NCBI GenBank assembly: GCA_036444275.1
Contig: JAZGAD010000047.1
Span: 1 to 64,000, forward strand
Length of the DNA: 64,000 nt
Direction: 5' to 3'
Source of the DNA: Candidatus Hydrothermarchaeales archaeon
GTDB lineage: Archaea; Hydrothermarchaeota; Hydrothermarchaeia; Hydrothermarchaeales; JAZGAD01
Shown: positions 51,047-61,636 of the stretch, one piece after another
How the letters are laid out: the number at the start of each line of letters is the position of its first letter
Numbering within the stretch: the first letter of the stretch is position 1
The notes under the pieces: model-generated
Told to the model about the DNA's origin: nothing
The model's database searches: none
Seen by the model: only the letters and a program-made list of their open reading frames with translations
Made by a program: the position numbers and the translations under genes

Positions 51047-51466
51047 TCATCTTCCTTTAAAGAGCATTTTCCCCAGGCCTGAAACTGCTCCTACTTTTTC
51101 ATACTTGGCCTTAAATATATCACTCGCAGTGATTATCCCGGCCAGCTTCCCCTCGCTTAAAACCGGCAGTTTTTTGATATTCCTCTTTGTCATCAAGTCA
51201 ATGGCATAGTCTATGTCTTTATCCTCTTCAACTGTGAGTATACCTTTCGTCATAATATCCATAATACGCAAGTTTTCAAGGTGCATATCAGTTGCAAGTG
51301 CTCTTTTCAGCATATCCCTTTCAGTGAGTATCCCTTTGACTTTTCTGTCTTCGACTACGAGGAGACATCCCACATTATTTCGCGACATCAAGTAGGCTGC
51401 GTCCTTTATCGTTGCATTTGGACTAATCACAATTACATTCGTGGTCATCAAATCTCTTATCAACAT
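51047..51466 (-). CDS. CBS-domain pair protein
   Basis: IRDLMT, VGCLLVV...GILTERD, IKKLPV...GIITASDI. Confidence 0.9.
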   Translation of the reverse strand: MLIRDLMTTNVIVISPNATIKDAAYLMSRNNVGCLLVVEDRKVKGILTERDMLKRALATDMHLENLRIMDIMTKGILTVEEDKDIDYAIDLMTKRNIKKLPVLSEGKLAGIITASDIFKAKYEKVGAVSGLGKMLFKGR

Positions 51467-51591
51467 GAGATTGTCCTTCCGTTGAATGTATTATATAATT
51501 ACTATCATATCTACTTTTCTTATTATACCCTCAACATCAGTGTACATAACATACAAAGCATTAAATTTCCTCTGATTAATAGAAGCTCTAT

Positions 51592-52488
51592 ATGCTCCTG
51601 GAAATTTTAAAACATCATGGCCCAGCTAGGCTGGGTAAATTGGAGCACGAGGGCTGCGAGATAGCAACGCCCAACTTTTTCTCTATCATAGCTAGAGATG
51701 TCGCCCTAGATCATGACATCTATATAGTATCTCACGATGTAAAGACCAGCAGGAAGCCACTTATCTACAATTATGGGAGTCTAAAAACCAAGAAGGATAT
51801 AGGTGCATTTGGGATCCTACCCGATGACGGGGCGGCGTTAAAGGTCCCAAAGGAAATCGCTGAATTCTCAGTAGAGAGTACGCTGAAATTCGCAGAAAAG
51901 TACCCTGGTTACGGTGCAGTCATACAGGGCTCAAAATATCCAGCGCTAAGGATGAAATGCGCCAGAGCTCTTAAAGAACATCCCTTACTAGTGATCGCGG
52001 ACGCAGGAGAGCTCTTAGAAAACCCGAGACTCCTAGTGGAGATAGTTACAGGAATAAGGGAGGTGATTCCCCCGAATACAGCTTTGTATTTCCCCTTCGC
52101 CTCTCCTCACATGTTCTACCTGCTAGCATATATGGGCGTAGACCTCTTCGATTCAGGCGACTGTATACTAAAAGCCAGGAGGAACGAGATCATAACTACT
52201 AGGGGGCACCTCTACCTGAAGGATTTAAAGGAACTTCCCTGCACATGCTCTGTATGCAGGGATAGAAGTCCTGAAGAATTGGTAGAAGATTTCAATGCTG
52301 TATTGAAGCATAATTTTGATCTCTCAGTATGCGTCGTTAGAGAGATAAGAGAAGCGATAAGAAAGGGCATACTAAGGGAGCTAGTGGAAGAGAAAGCCGC
52401 AGGCGGCACCCTAGCAATGACGATGCTGAGGCTATTGGATCAAGAAAAACAGGACTTCTTAGAGAGATACACGCCTGTAGTGCCCTAG
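51592..52488 (+). CDS. arcS: Archaeosine synthase ArcS, N-terminal TGT-like half
   Basis: GPARLG, TPN, LLAYMGVDLFD, LPCTCSVC...HN Zn site, LRELVE. Confidence 0.72.
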   Translation: MLLEILKHHGPARLGKLEHEGCEIATPNFFSIIARDVALDHDIYIVSHDVKTSRKPLIYNYGSLKTKKDIGAFGILPDDGAALKVPKEIAEFSVESTLKFAEKYPGYGAVIQGSKYPALRMKCARALKEHPLLVIADAGELLENPRLLVEIVTGIREVIPPNTALYFPFASPHMFYLLAYMGVDLFDSGDCILKARRNEIITTRGHLYLKDLKELPCTCSVCRDRSPEELVEDFNAVLKHNFDLSVCVVREIREAIRKGILRELVEEKAAGGTLAMTMLRLLDQEKQDFLERYTPVVP

Positions 52489-53643
52489 AAAATGAAGCTC
52501 GAGTCTAAATTTAACTCTAGAAAAGGCCTCGACTGCAAGAGCTGAAAAGCCGAGTATTCCAGCGAGAATCAGCATCTCCCTCCACTTCGCTCTAGAACCA
52601 GAAGGCTCATCTACAGCTGCGGGCGAGGGCGCTCGAAGCACGAGGTCGTCTTCAGACTCTTCTTGAAGTCTTAGTACAGGCTCCTTCTGCTCCTCTTCAT
52701 GTCTAGACCTTTCCGCGGCAACATCTACTACAGTCACTTCAACAGCACGAGGTGCAATTTCTTCCACTGGCGCAAGAGCTGGAACCGGAACCGGCATCTC
52801 CTTGATTACCGGTGGGAGCGCAACTTCAATCCCAGCTACCCATATATCGTACATGCCGCCCTCATCAGAGGCATAGGCTATCTTGGCGCCGTCTGGACTC
52901 CAAGCTGGGCCCACCTGCCAGGATTTCTTGGTAGTCATCCTCTCCATGCTTCCTTCTTCCAATATCCAAATGTCATAATTGCCCTCCCGATAGGACACAA
53001 AGGCTATACTCTCACCGTCAGGGCTCCAAGAGAGCTGGCCCTTCCAATAGGCATCTCCTACTAGAAGCCTCTTATCTTCTGTCTCTGGATTTATTAGCCA
53101 GATGTTGTAGCCCCCGTCAGTGGAGAGATAGGCTACTCCATCCCCCTTAGGATTCCACACAGGTGACCGAGACTTTCCATCGCTGGTGACGCGCTTAGCA
53201 CCATTTCCATCGGCATTGATCACCCAGATATGTCCTTCACCGTTTTGTCTTGGAGAAAGGATGAATGCTATCTTGCCATCTGGACTCCACGTAGGCGAAT
53301 GCTTCCAGCCATCCCCTGTTGTTATCTGCCTTGCATCGCTTCCATCGCTTCTCATCACCCAGAGCTCCTGCTTCCCCTGGTGCTCAGAGATGAATGCTAT
53401 AAATTTGCCGTCAGGACTCCAAACTGGCTGTTCATCCCGGTATATATCCGATGTCAAAGCCTTCTGCTGGGCCCCATCAGCATTCATAACCCAGATATCA
53501 TAGCTGGGGGACTGATATACTATAAATCTGCCGTCAGGACTCCAGGAGGGGGCTACGCCAAGAGAAGAGGTCGGCTGCCCCTCCAATGCATAGCCTTGAC
53601 TGACGCAGACAAGCAGTGCCAAAAAGAATACCCAAACCCGCAT
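52459..53643 (-). CDS. Secreted TolB-like beta-propeller (PD40 repeats) with C-terminal TM anchor
   Basis: Repeated P.WSPDG..IAF / IWV.NADG units, signal peptide, Pro/Glu linker, C-terminal hydrophobic helix. Confidence 0.85.
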   Translation of the reverse strand: MRVWVFFLALLVCVSQGYALEGQPTSSLGVAPSWSPDGRFIVYQSPSYDIWVMNADGAQQKALTSDIYRDEQPVWSPDGKFIAFISEHQGKQELWVMRSDGSDARQITTGDGWKHSPTWSPDGKIAFILSPRQNGEGHIWVINADGNGAKRVTSDGKSRSPVWNPKGDGVAYLSTDGGYNIWLINPETEDKRLLVGDAYWKGQLSWSPDGESIAFVSYREGNYDIWILEEGSMERMTTKKSWQVGPAWSPDGAKIAYASDEGGMYDIWVAGIEVALPPVIKEMPVPVPALAPVEEIAPRAVEVTVVDVAAERSRHEEEQKEPVLRLQEESEDDLVLRAPSPAAVDEPSGSRAKWREMLILAGILGFSALAVEAFSRVKFRLELHFLGHYRRVSL

Positions 53644-53689
53644 GACTATATATTACGTGAACACGGTATAAAAATTTAGGGTTTCAAAT

Positions 53690-54616
53690 ATGCTTCTATC
53701 GACAGCAGAATCATTAAATAGACCAGAAGTAGCTAGGTGGCATGATAGAATTCTGAATAGGTATACTCCGCCACCGGGAATAAAGCTTAGTGTGCTCTTA
53801 CCATGCTCTGCCAGGAAGCCGTACTCCAAGTCGAAGTCGCATATCCTCTTCAGGAAGTACATCAAGAGGGGAGCCGGGAGTAAACTGCACCTAGTGCATG
53901 AGGTCATCCTCACCTCGCCCCTGGGTTTAGTTCCTCGTGAACTTGAGAACCTCTATCCAGCTGCCCACTACGACGTTCCGGTAACCGGTCACTGGAGTGG
54001 AGAGGAGAAAGAAATTGCTATCAATTTGCTCTCTAGCTATATGAAAAAAGCTGAGGCACCAGCGCTAGCCCACGTCGAGGGTGCCTATCGAGAGATATGC
54101 GGCAGCCTATCGATTCCAATGACTGCAGGTGGACTGAATAAGAGTACGCTTGAGGAGTTACAAAGAAAAATCTACGACGCTCTCAAGGACTGTCAGCCTG
54201 TCAAGGTGAATAGAAGGCTTGAGAATCTGAGGAGAGCCTGCGACTTTCAATTCGGCTTGGGAGCTGGTAACATCTTGATCCCAGAAGAGACTGCGATTAA
54301 GGGGTATCAGTTATTCCTCAAAGGGGAGCAGATAGCAGCGATTAAGCCTGGAGATGGTTTTCTAGCTCTTGCCTCTGCCGGTGGAAGACTCCTCAAGGAT
54401 TATGGCAGGTATTGGGTGGAGATATCCTTCAAGCCAGATACCAACAGCATCTTCTCCGTCGGCGTGGATAAAGCTGACAAACGAATAAGGCCCAACGATG
54501 AGGTCGTCGTCCTCTACAATGGTGATGTGGTAGGCGTTGGAAAGGCACTCTTAAATGGCGAAGAGATGACGAGAGCAGAGAAAGGATTGGCAGTAGAGCT
54601 GAGGCATAGGCTTTAG
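53690..54616 (+). CDS. arcS: Archaeosine synthase ArcS, C-terminal half (DUF5591 + PUA)
   Basis: LLPCSARKPYSKSKSH, TSPLGLVPRELE, YDVPVTGHW, DFQFG, PUA (IRPNDEVVV...GVGKA). Confidence 0.8.
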   Translation: MLLSTAESLNRPEVARWHDRILNRYTPPPGIKLSVLLPCSARKPYSKSKSHILFRKYIKRGAGSKLHLVHEVILTSPLGLVPRELENLYPAAHYDVPVTGHWSGEEKEIAINLLSSYMKKAEAPALAHVEGAYREICGSLSIPMTAGGLNKSTLEELQRKIYDALKDCQPVKVNRRLENLRRACDFQFGLGAGNILIPEETAIKGYQLFLKGEQIAAIKPGDGFLALASAGGRLLKDYGRYWVEISFKPDTNSIFSVGVDKADKRIRPNDEVVVLYNGDVVGVGKALLNGEEMTRAEKGLAVELRHRL

Positions 54617-54622
54617 TTCTGC

Positions 54623-55027
54623 TTAGCGTATCTCGACCTTTTCTTCTATAAATCCTTCTTTCTCGTCCCAGATCCAAGAGGTAACAGGTATCTTACTGGG
54701 CAGGGATACGACGACGTAGGAGTGCCCCGGCCAAGTTGCTGTGGCCTCATCAACAGCTGAAGGTTCTGAAAGAGCCATTGGATGTGAGTGGTAGAAGCCC
54801 AGTACCTCTAGTCCACTTTCCTCGATCTCTGTAATTACACGAAGAAGTTCCTCTGGGCTTATCTCATAGCGTGCGTTTGAAAAAGCAATGTTTTTGCATT
54901 CGTAGACCTGCTCTACGAACTTATCCTTCGTTGATACTCCGGCAAGGATACCACAAGCCTCCTTCGGCGCTTCTCTCTGGGCATGAGCAATTAACCTATG
55001 AATTAACTCTCTAGCAAAGACAAGCAT
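54623..55027 (-). CDS. JAMM/MPN+ (M67) metalloprotease
   Basis: PKEACGIL, GFYHSHP....PS..D. Confidence 0.9.
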   Translation of the reverse strand: MLVFARELIHRLIAHAQREAPKEACGILAGVSTKDKFVEQVYECKNIAFSNARYEISPEELLRVITEIEESGLEVLGFYHSHPMALSEPSAVDEATATWPGHSYVVVSLPSKIPVTSWIWDEKEGFIEEKVEIR

Positions 55028-55115
55028 GAATAGGAATCACTACGATGGATAGATAAATTGTTACCCAATAATATTCCGACTGCAAGAGGGCTAGACCTTG
55101 TGAGAAGTTATAAGA

Positions 55116-55946
55116 CTACATCTCTCCTTCGAAGACAAACTCTACTGGACCCCGCAGTAACACCTTCTCTATCACCCCGTCTTTCTCCACAACCTCGACG
55201 AATAACTTTCCTCCCTTAGCATCAATTGCAATAGGGCTATCGCTTTTAGCTTTGCCTAGAGCAACCGCCACTGCCGCGGAGGCCCCTATCCCGGTACCGC
55301 AGGCAAGAGTCTCGGCCTCTACACCCCGCTCATAGGTCCTTATCTTGAACCTGTTTTCTCCTGCCGCCTGCAGGAAGTTCACATTAGTACCTTTTGGGAA
55401 TAGCTCGCTCCCCCTTATCCTTCTTCCTATCCCGGAGACATCGATGTTATCTATATCCTCGTCCTCGGCAAATGCTACGACATGGGGCACACCTAGATTG
55501 ACAGCTGAGACTAATATGCCTTCCACTTCCTCGTTTAGAAACGTGCCATTCCCACTAGCGGGGATCTTTGCCCTATCAAATTCAGGCCTCCCGAGGTCCG
55601 CACCTACTTCTTTTCCGTTATCTACAGTTACTTCTAGAGGGCCTGCTAGGGTCTCTATCACCATCCTCTCTTTAGCAACTATACTCTTATCGTATGCATA
55701 TTTAGCCAAGCAGCGTATGCCGTTTCCACACATCTCAGCTTCACTGCCATCTGGATTGAAAATACGCATTTGAATGTCAGCTGTCGTGGAGGATTCAAGA
55801 AAGATAAGCCCATCCCCACCCACTCCAAATCTACGGTGGCACAGCCTCCTCGCTAATTCAGCCTTTTTATCCTGTGGGACTTGATCCAACAGTGAATTAA
55901 TCAATATGAAATCATTTCCAGCGCCGTGATACTTGTAGAACCTCAT
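55116..55946 (-). CDS. dapF: Diaminopimelate epimerase
   Basis: KYHGAGNDF, EMCGNGIRC, GVPH, TNVNF, TYERGV..ETLACGTG. Confidence 0.96.
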   Translation of the reverse strand: MRFYKYHGAGNDFILINSLLDQVPQDKKAELARRLCHRRFGVGGDGLIFLESSTTADIQMRIFNPDGSEAEMCGNGIRCLAKYAYDKSIVAKERMVIETLAGPLEVTVDNGKEVGADLGRPEFDRAKIPASGNGTFLNEEVEGILVSAVNLGVPHVVAFAEDEDIDNIDVSGIGRRIRGSELFPKGTNVNFLQAAGENRFKIRTYERGVEAETLACGTGIGASAAVAVALGKAKSDSPIAIDAKGGKLFVEVVEKDGVIEKVLLRGPVEFVFEGEM

Positions 55947-56133
55947 GAGGTTGGATATCTTATTAGAGTATTAAAAATTTTGTGACCTCCGTATGTTCTG
56001 GAGTTAAATTAATCCCCCGTCTTCTTTTTCAACGATAATACCTTTCCATTGGCAGTGAGCTCAAAATCCACGAGAAGCTGCGGAAGGAACGATAAGGAGG
56101 GACTTTGGCACCGGCACTAGGAGAAAGGGTATA

Positions 56134-56268
56134 TCACCATTCATCGGATAAACATCTCTTGCAGAGCAAGACCTCGAGGTCTCCGCAGCCAGGGCAGTAC
56201 AACTCCTCACATCTCTGACATTCGTATATCATGAGCGAATTCTGACCGCAGACATCGCAGGCTGTCAT
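56134..56268 (-). CDS. 44-aa eight-Cys Zn-finger micro-protein (not in ORF track)
   Basis: Manual translation MTACDVCGQNSLMIYECQRCEELYCPGCGDLEVLLCKRCLSDEW, four CXXC pairs. Confidence 0.7.
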   Translation of the reverse strand: MTACDVCGQNSLMIYECQRCEELYCPGCGDLEVLLCKRCLSDEW

Positions 56269-56352
56269 TTAGCATTCAATTTTTTGGATACCCTTTTTAA
56301 ATCTTTCGCTCAAGCGACCAGCACTAACACCCCAAAAGACAGATATCATTGT

Positions 56353-57276
56353 CTAAGGATTATCCGTTATTTCTCCTTTCAGATATCTCAGGGTCTTCTC
56401 TAAGCCTTTCTCGATGCTGACCTGCGCCTTCCAACCTAATTCCGCTTTCGCCCTAGAGGCATCGAGACTTATTCTCCTAACTTCTCCTGGAATCGGAGAG
56501 CCGAAGTCTGCCTCCATCTTTACACCTAATATCTGTCTCATGGTCTCAAATATTTGGTTGACAGAGGTCTCTTTACCAGTGCCTATATTGTAGATCCCGT
56601 TCCCCTCTTCCATTGACAATAGATTTGCCCTGGCAATATCTTCAACATAGACGAAGTCCCGGGTCTGCTCTCCGTCTCCAAAGATCGTCGGTTGCTCACT
56701 CCGGAGCATCTTGCCTCCGAAAATTGCGATCACTCCGGCTTCGCCAAATGGGTCCTGCCTTGGACCGTAAACATTGCCGTATCTGAGGGAAACATAGCCC
56801 AAGCCATAGACATCACTATAAATCTGTAAATACTTCTCAACAGCGTATTTAGAGGCTCCATAGGGAGAAAGAGGATTTACCGGATGCTCTTCGTCTACAG
56901 GCAGGTACTGAGGCTCACCGTATACAGCCCCACCACTAGAGGCATAGATGAACTTTTTCGCGTCTCGGCAACATTCCAATAGGTTCAGCGAACCGAGGAT
57001 ATTCACCTTAGCATCGAATACAGGATCCTCCAACGATCTTCGTACCTGTGCCTGAGCGGCATGATGCACCACATATTCAATCCCCTCTTTCCGGACAAGT
57101 TCCTTAATCTCCTCGCTGGTGATATCTACCTTGTAAAAGGTTGCCTCTTTGCTGACGTTTTCCAGTTTACCTGTAGAGAGGTTGTCTACTATTACGACGT
57201 CGTATTCTCTAGCAAGCAGTAAATCAGCCACATGCGAGCCTATGAAGCCCGCTCCACCAGTAACGAGAACCTTCAT
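56353..57276 (-). CDS. UDP-glucose 4-epimerase-like SDR
   Basis: VTGGAGFIGS, SSGGAVYG, YGASK, RYGNVYGPRQ, GDGEQTRDFVYV. Confidence 0.88.
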   Translation of the reverse strand: MKVLVTGGAGFIGSHVADLLLAREYDVVIVDNLSTGKLENVSKEATFYKVDITSEEIKELVRKEGIEYVVHHAAQAQVRRSLEDPVFDAKVNILGSLNLLECCRDAKKFIYASSGGAVYGEPQYLPVDEEHPVNPLSPYGASKYAVEKYLQIYSDVYGLGYVSLRYGNVYGPRQDPFGEAGVIAIFGGKMLRSEQPTIFGDGEQTRDFVYVEDIARANLLSMEEGNGIYNIGTGKETSVNQIFETMRQILGVKMEADFGSPIPGEVRRISLDASRAKAELGWKAQVSIEKGLEKTLRYLKGEITDNP

Positions 57277-57315
57277 CTCAAAAATACCCTTTGGCTGTTT
57301 ATGACATGCATTACC

Positions 57316-58335
57316 TTAAAAAATCTCTTTATTCTCCTGGATCCAGTTCACCAGTCTCTCCACCCCCTCCTTAGGAGATACCTCTGGGCTCCAACCCAGC
57401 TTCTCTTTAGCCTTGGAGATGTCGGAGATATAAGCACGTTGATCACTGGGTCTCCAATCATCGAAGGACACATCAGCTTTCTTACCTGTGAACTCCTCCA
57501 ACACGTTCAAGAGTTCTAATAATGACAGTGTATTCTCAGGGCCCCCGCCCATGTTGAAGACGTCATGGCGTATCTTCTTTCTTCTTTGGATGAAGGCATC
57601 GAAGGCGGCTACTAAATCCGAAACATATAGGACATCTCGCACCTGGTTTCCGTCGCCATATATGGTTATAGGTTTGCCTGTGATAGTAGCTATAGCGAAC
57701 CAGGACACCCAGCCTTGATCCGCTATTCCAAACTGCCGCGTGCCGTATATGCAAGACATACGGAAGACCGCAGTATCCAAGCCATATAGGTGACCATAGT
57801 CCTGGACATATAGGTCTCCAGCTAGCTTGGAACAGCCATAAGGGGTATGCTCACATAAATCAATGGAATAATCTTCTGGTACGCCTTTCTCTCGCGTGAG
57901 CCCATATCGCCCATTCTTTTTCACCACTAGCTCGTTTACATTCCCACCATAGACCTTGTTAGTCGAGCAATAGACAATTGCTGGATCACTCCCCGAATTC
58001 CTTGCAGCCTCTACGACATTGAAGGTGCCCAAAGCATTATCCCCGAAATCACCTCTAGGATTCTGGACTGAAAGAGTGACTGCTGTCTGGGCTGCAGCAT
58101 GCACAATAACATCTACGTCTACTAACCCTTCGAGATCCTCGACCCTACGGATATCCCCCTTAACTAGCTTTACACCCTGCTTTTCCCTAAGGTAATCCCA
58201 ATTATACTTGGCTTTAGGCTCCAGGGAAACTCTAGATGCGTTATCCAGTGCTATGACCTCGTGCCCCTGATCTGCATAATATTCCACCACGTGCGAGCCT
58301 ACAAACCCAGCGCCACCAGTAACAAGAAGCTTCAT
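57316..58335 (-). CDS. CDP-paratose 2-epimerase (RfbE)-like extended SDR
   Basis: AQTAVT.S, STNKVYG, TPYGCSK, FRMSCIYG.RQFG..DQGWV, QVRDVL, WRPSDQ. Confidence 0.78.
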   Translation of the reverse strand: MKLLVTGGAGFVGSHVVEYYADQGHEVIALDNASRVSLEPKAKYNWDYLREKQGVKLVKGDIRRVEDLEGLVDVDVIVHAAAQTAVTLSVQNPRGDFGDNALGTFNVVEAARNSGSDPAIVYCSTNKVYGGNVNELVVKKNGRYGLTREKGVPEDYSIDLCEHTPYGCSKLAGDLYVQDYGHLYGLDTAVFRMSCIYGTRQFGIADQGWVSWFAIATITGKPITIYGDGNQVRDVLYVSDLVAAFDAFIQRRKKIRHDVFNMGGGPENTLSLLELLNVLEEFTGKKADVSFDDWRPSDQRAYISDISKAKEKLGWSPEVSPKEGVERLVNWIQENKEIF

Positions 58336-58341
58336 ACCTAC

Positions 58342-59457
58342 CTAACCTCCTATCAACTTCCGCTTCTCCAATTCAGCCTGTGCCTTCTCGAAGAGATCCT
58401 CTACCTCATCCGCAGATTGGGCATTGACCCATTGCACCAGCTTTTGCATGCCATCACGAAACTCGGTTTCTGGTTTATAGCCAAGCCTCTTGATCCTAGA
58501 GATGTCGGCATAGCAGTGCCGGATGTCACCCTCTCTGAACTTATTAACGATCACCGGTGAAAGGTCCTTTCCATATAGGCTTATGAGGACATCGGCAATC
58601 TCACTTATGTTCACCGGTTTGCCTGTCCCAACGTTGAATGCCTGGTAATCTGCATTCCTCTTCAAGGCTAGGATATTAGCCTGGACTATATCGTGCACCG
58701 ATACGAAGTCTCTACTCTGTAGACCATCCTCGTAGATAACCGGGGGGTGATTGTTCCTTATTCGCGAGGAGAAAATAGCACACACACCCGTGTAAGGGTT
58801 CGACAGGGCCTGCCTCGACCCATAGACGTTGAAATATCGAAGTGCCACAGTTGGTATACCATAGGCTTCGCCCACGACGAGGCACATCTCCTCCTGGTCT
58901 CTCTTGGTTATAGCATATATGGAGGTTGGGTGTAGGGGTTTATTCTCGTCTGTCGCAAGGGGTATCGCTTCTCTGCCGCAGGAAGGACACTTCATCTCCC
59001 ATTCCCCAGCCTTGAGTTGCTCCTTGGATCGCAGCTTAGGATATACTATACCGCATTCATCACACTCGTATTTGCCCTCGCCATAGATGCTCATGGAAGA
59101 GGCGACGATGAGCTTCTTAACATCATGCTCCTCATTGACGAGTATCTGCAGGAGCTTGGAAGTAGCGTAAGTGTTATCATTGACATAACTCTGGATCTGG
59201 TACATGCTTTGTCCCACTCCTACTGCAGAGGCTTCATGAAAGATGATTTCGCTTTCCATTACTAGGTCTTTTAATCCTTCATCGCCTACATCGCCCTTGA
59301 TGAATTTCGCATTTTCATTTAGGTACGACGGTAGCCCCCTATGCACTTGTGGATTCAGATTATCCAAGATGGTTACTTCGTTATTCTTCACCAATTCATC
59401 TACTAAATGCGAGCCTATGAATCCAGCTCCACCAGTAACCAATACCTTGTAGCTCAT
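58342..59457 (-). CDS. NDP-sugar epimerase/dehydratase with Zn-ribbon insertion
   Basis: VGVGQSMY, SSMSIYGEG, CDEC...CPSC insert, YAITK, ALSNPYTGV. Confidence 0.85.
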   Translation of the reverse strand: MSYKVLVTGGAGFIGSHLVDELVKNNEVTILDNLNPQVHRGLPSYLNENAKFIKGDVGDEGLKDLVMESEIIFHEASAVGVGQSMYQIQSYVNDNTYATSKLLQILVNEEHDVKKLIVASSMSIYGEGKYECDECGIVYPKLRSKEQLKAGEWEMKCPSCGREAIPLATDENKPLHPTSIYAITKRDQEEMCLVVGEAYGIPTVALRYFNVYGSRQALSNPYTGVCAIFSSRIRNNHPPVIYEDGLQSRDFVSVHDIVQANILALKRNADYQAFNVGTGKPVNISEIADVLISLYGKDLSPVIVNKFREGDIRHCYADISRIKRLGYKPETEFRDGMQKLVQWVNAQSADEVEDLFEKAQAELEKRKLIGG

Positions 59458-59607
59458 ACCAGTTCCTTCTGACCTTGAGACCTATGTGTTTCAGAGACTA
59501 GGATACTTAAATTTTGCCTCCACTTCACTTGCTACTCACGTCCAAAAAGATTTAAATATTTGAAGTATATTTTTGAAGTTATAACAGAGTAACTGTGAGG
59601 TGTTGAT

Positions 59608-59937
59608 TTGGCAAACGTTTGGTTGATAGCAGATTTTGTGTTGATAGCACTCTCCATAGTCTTTGGGCTGCAAGCGATTGTCAAGTTCAAAAACAGCGAC
59701 ATAAATAGTGTGTTTAAAACGCTCAATAATAAAAAAAGACATAAAACGAGCCTTCTTTATTCAACGATATTTCTGGGCATAACCTTCGTCGCTATTGGTA
59801 TAATCCAGGGTTTCAGATATGTTATGGAGATCGAAGTCGCATTCCGGGATTTAATCTTTACCTTATTCTATCTATCCTTTTTAGCGATAACCTACTCTTG
59901 GTATGCACTGCTCAAGGAAGTACCGGCAACCAACTGA
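59608..59937 (+). CDS. Small three-TM hypothetical membrane protein
   Basis: GAGGTG RBS before TTG start, three hydrophobic segments. Confidence 0.55.
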   Translation: MANVWLIADFVLIALSIVFGLQAIVKFKNSDINSVFKTLNNKKRHKTSLLYSTIFLGITFVAIGIIQGFRYVMEIEVAFRDLIFTLFYLSFLAITYSWYALLKEVPATN

Positions 59938-60283
59938 CTTCTATTACTTATTCTTTTATCATAGCCGTCTGAAAAGCTGGAGAAATAGAGGGGATTTACA
60001 ATACACTATATAGATGTACAATGTAATATAGAAAATATCAGCCTCCGCCCTCAACCCAGACCATAAAAGGTGGCATACACCATCAGGAAGAAGGAGGATA
60101 CGACGAAGAGGAGGGCAATCTGTAGAAAGTGTTCATGGTGCCTACTCATGAAGTAATGGACCCTATTGGGCATATAATACCGGTAGGCAGTATTTCTAAA
60201 CATCTTTATCAATACAAAGTCAGCACTGAGAATATTAAGAATATGGTTTACATATTTGCTTTAAATTGATACACAGGGATTGT

Positions 60284-61555
60284 TCACTGATTTTTCTGCA
60301 GTTGCTCCAAGACCTCTCTGGCTCGATCAATGCGCACCTTTTTTTCCCGCAGCAGCACCTCTGCGACTTCATCAATAAGTTCTTCCTCGGCTCCAGCCAT
60401 AACCGCTATATTCCTAGCATGAAGCGCCATGTGCCCCTTCTGTATCCCTTCTGTTGCAAGAACACGGAGAGCAGCTAGGTTCTGGGCTAGGCCGACTGAC
60501 GCCATTACCTCTGCCAACTCCACTGCTGATTTCACCCCCAGAATCTTAATATTCGCTTTTGCAACCGGGTGAACTGCTGTAGCTCCACCTACCAGACCTA
60601 CTGCTATGGGAAGCTCTATTTTGGCTAATATATCTCCATCAGCGTTCTTTTCATAGGTGGTAAGCGGGCTGTATCCACCCTTTATGGCGGCATATGCATG
60701 GGCTCCAGATTCTAGGGCACGAGTGTCATTTCCAGTCGCCAGCACCACAGCAGTGATGCCGTTCATTATCCCTTTGTTATGAGTGGCGCATCTGTAGGGA
60801 TCAGATGCAGCGAGGGCATATGCAGTGAGGATGGCATCTACTACTTCCCTACCCCCTAATGCTTCCTTGGAGAATGTTGCTTCTGCTTTTGCTAGGCGGT
60901 GGACCGCTAGGTTCGATATGATTCTCAGATAGACCTTCCCCCCTGTCAACTCCTCAACATATGGTGCAACTGCTTCTGCCATGGTGTTTACGACATTAGC
61001 CCCCATAGCGTCTCTGCAGTCTACAAGGAGGTGTAACACCAGCATTGGGCCAAGTGCTGTCTGCAGTTCTCTGATCTCAAGGTCCTTGGCTCCACCCCCC
61101 AGTTTTACAAGTAAGGGGTCCTGCTGGTTCGCTATCTCAATTATCCCTTCTTTGCTGGCTAGAACTGCATCTTTCGCCCTAGTAAGGTCTTTAAGACCGG
61201 ATATCTGGATCTGGCCTATCATCACAGGTTCTGTACTGCTGGCTGTAAACCCGCCCTTGTCTCTTGCCATCTTTGCTGCGTTGCTAGCTGCTGCTATCAC
61301 CGAGGGTTCTTCTATGGCCATAGGCACGAGGTATTCCTTGCCGTTGATCAGGAAATTAGTGGCCACGCCTAAGGGCACCTCCATGGTACCAACGGCATTC
61401 TCCACCATCCTGTTTACCTGCTCTATCGTGAGTGCACCTGTACTCTCTATGGCTGCTGCTTCTTCATCTGTCAGACCGGCAAATTCCTTCACAAACTTTA
61501 GCCGTTCCCCAGGGCTGATTTTATAGAAGCCTGGTATGCGCGAACTCCTAACCAT
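60284..61555 (-). CDS. mvaA: HMG-CoA reductase, class II (bacterial-type)
   Basis: [42 protein letters not shown]; start taken at [12 protein letters not shown]. Confidence 0.92.
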   Translation of the reverse strand: MVRSSRIPGFYKISPGERLKFVKEFAGLTDEEAAAIESTGALTIEQVNRMVENAVGTMEVPLGVATNFLINGKEYLVPMAIEEPSVIAAASNAAKMARDKGGFTASSTEPVMIGQIQISGLKDLTRAKDAVLASKEGIIEIANQQDPLLVKLGGGAKDLEIRELQTALGPMLVLHLLVDCRDAMGANVVNTMAEAVAPYVEELTGGKVYLRIISNLAVHRLAKAEATFSKEALGGREVVDAILTAYALAASDPYRCATHNKGIMNGITAVVLATGNDTRALESGAHAYAAIKGGYSPLTTYEKNADGDILAKIELPIAVGLVGGATAVHPVAKANIKILGVKSAVELAEVMASVGLAQNLAALRVLATEGIQKGHMALHARNIAVMAGAEEELIDEVAEVLLREKKVRIDRAREVLEQLQKNQ

Positions 61556-61636
61556 ATTTTTATTAAATAACGGAAAGCATATAATAATCTTGTGAAACTG
61601 ATTGGTGTCCCCTCCTGTGCTTCTGTCCAATCCAAA

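Noticed and set aside
56005-56140. Minus-strand frame with an in-frame TAG (possible amber read-through)
   Set aside because: Short, no recognisable product and no pyl genes in the window
60051-60173. 40-aa hydrophobic minus-strand ORF (MPNRVHYF...)
   Set aside because: Possible single-TM peptide, but no RBS or motif support; insufficient evidence
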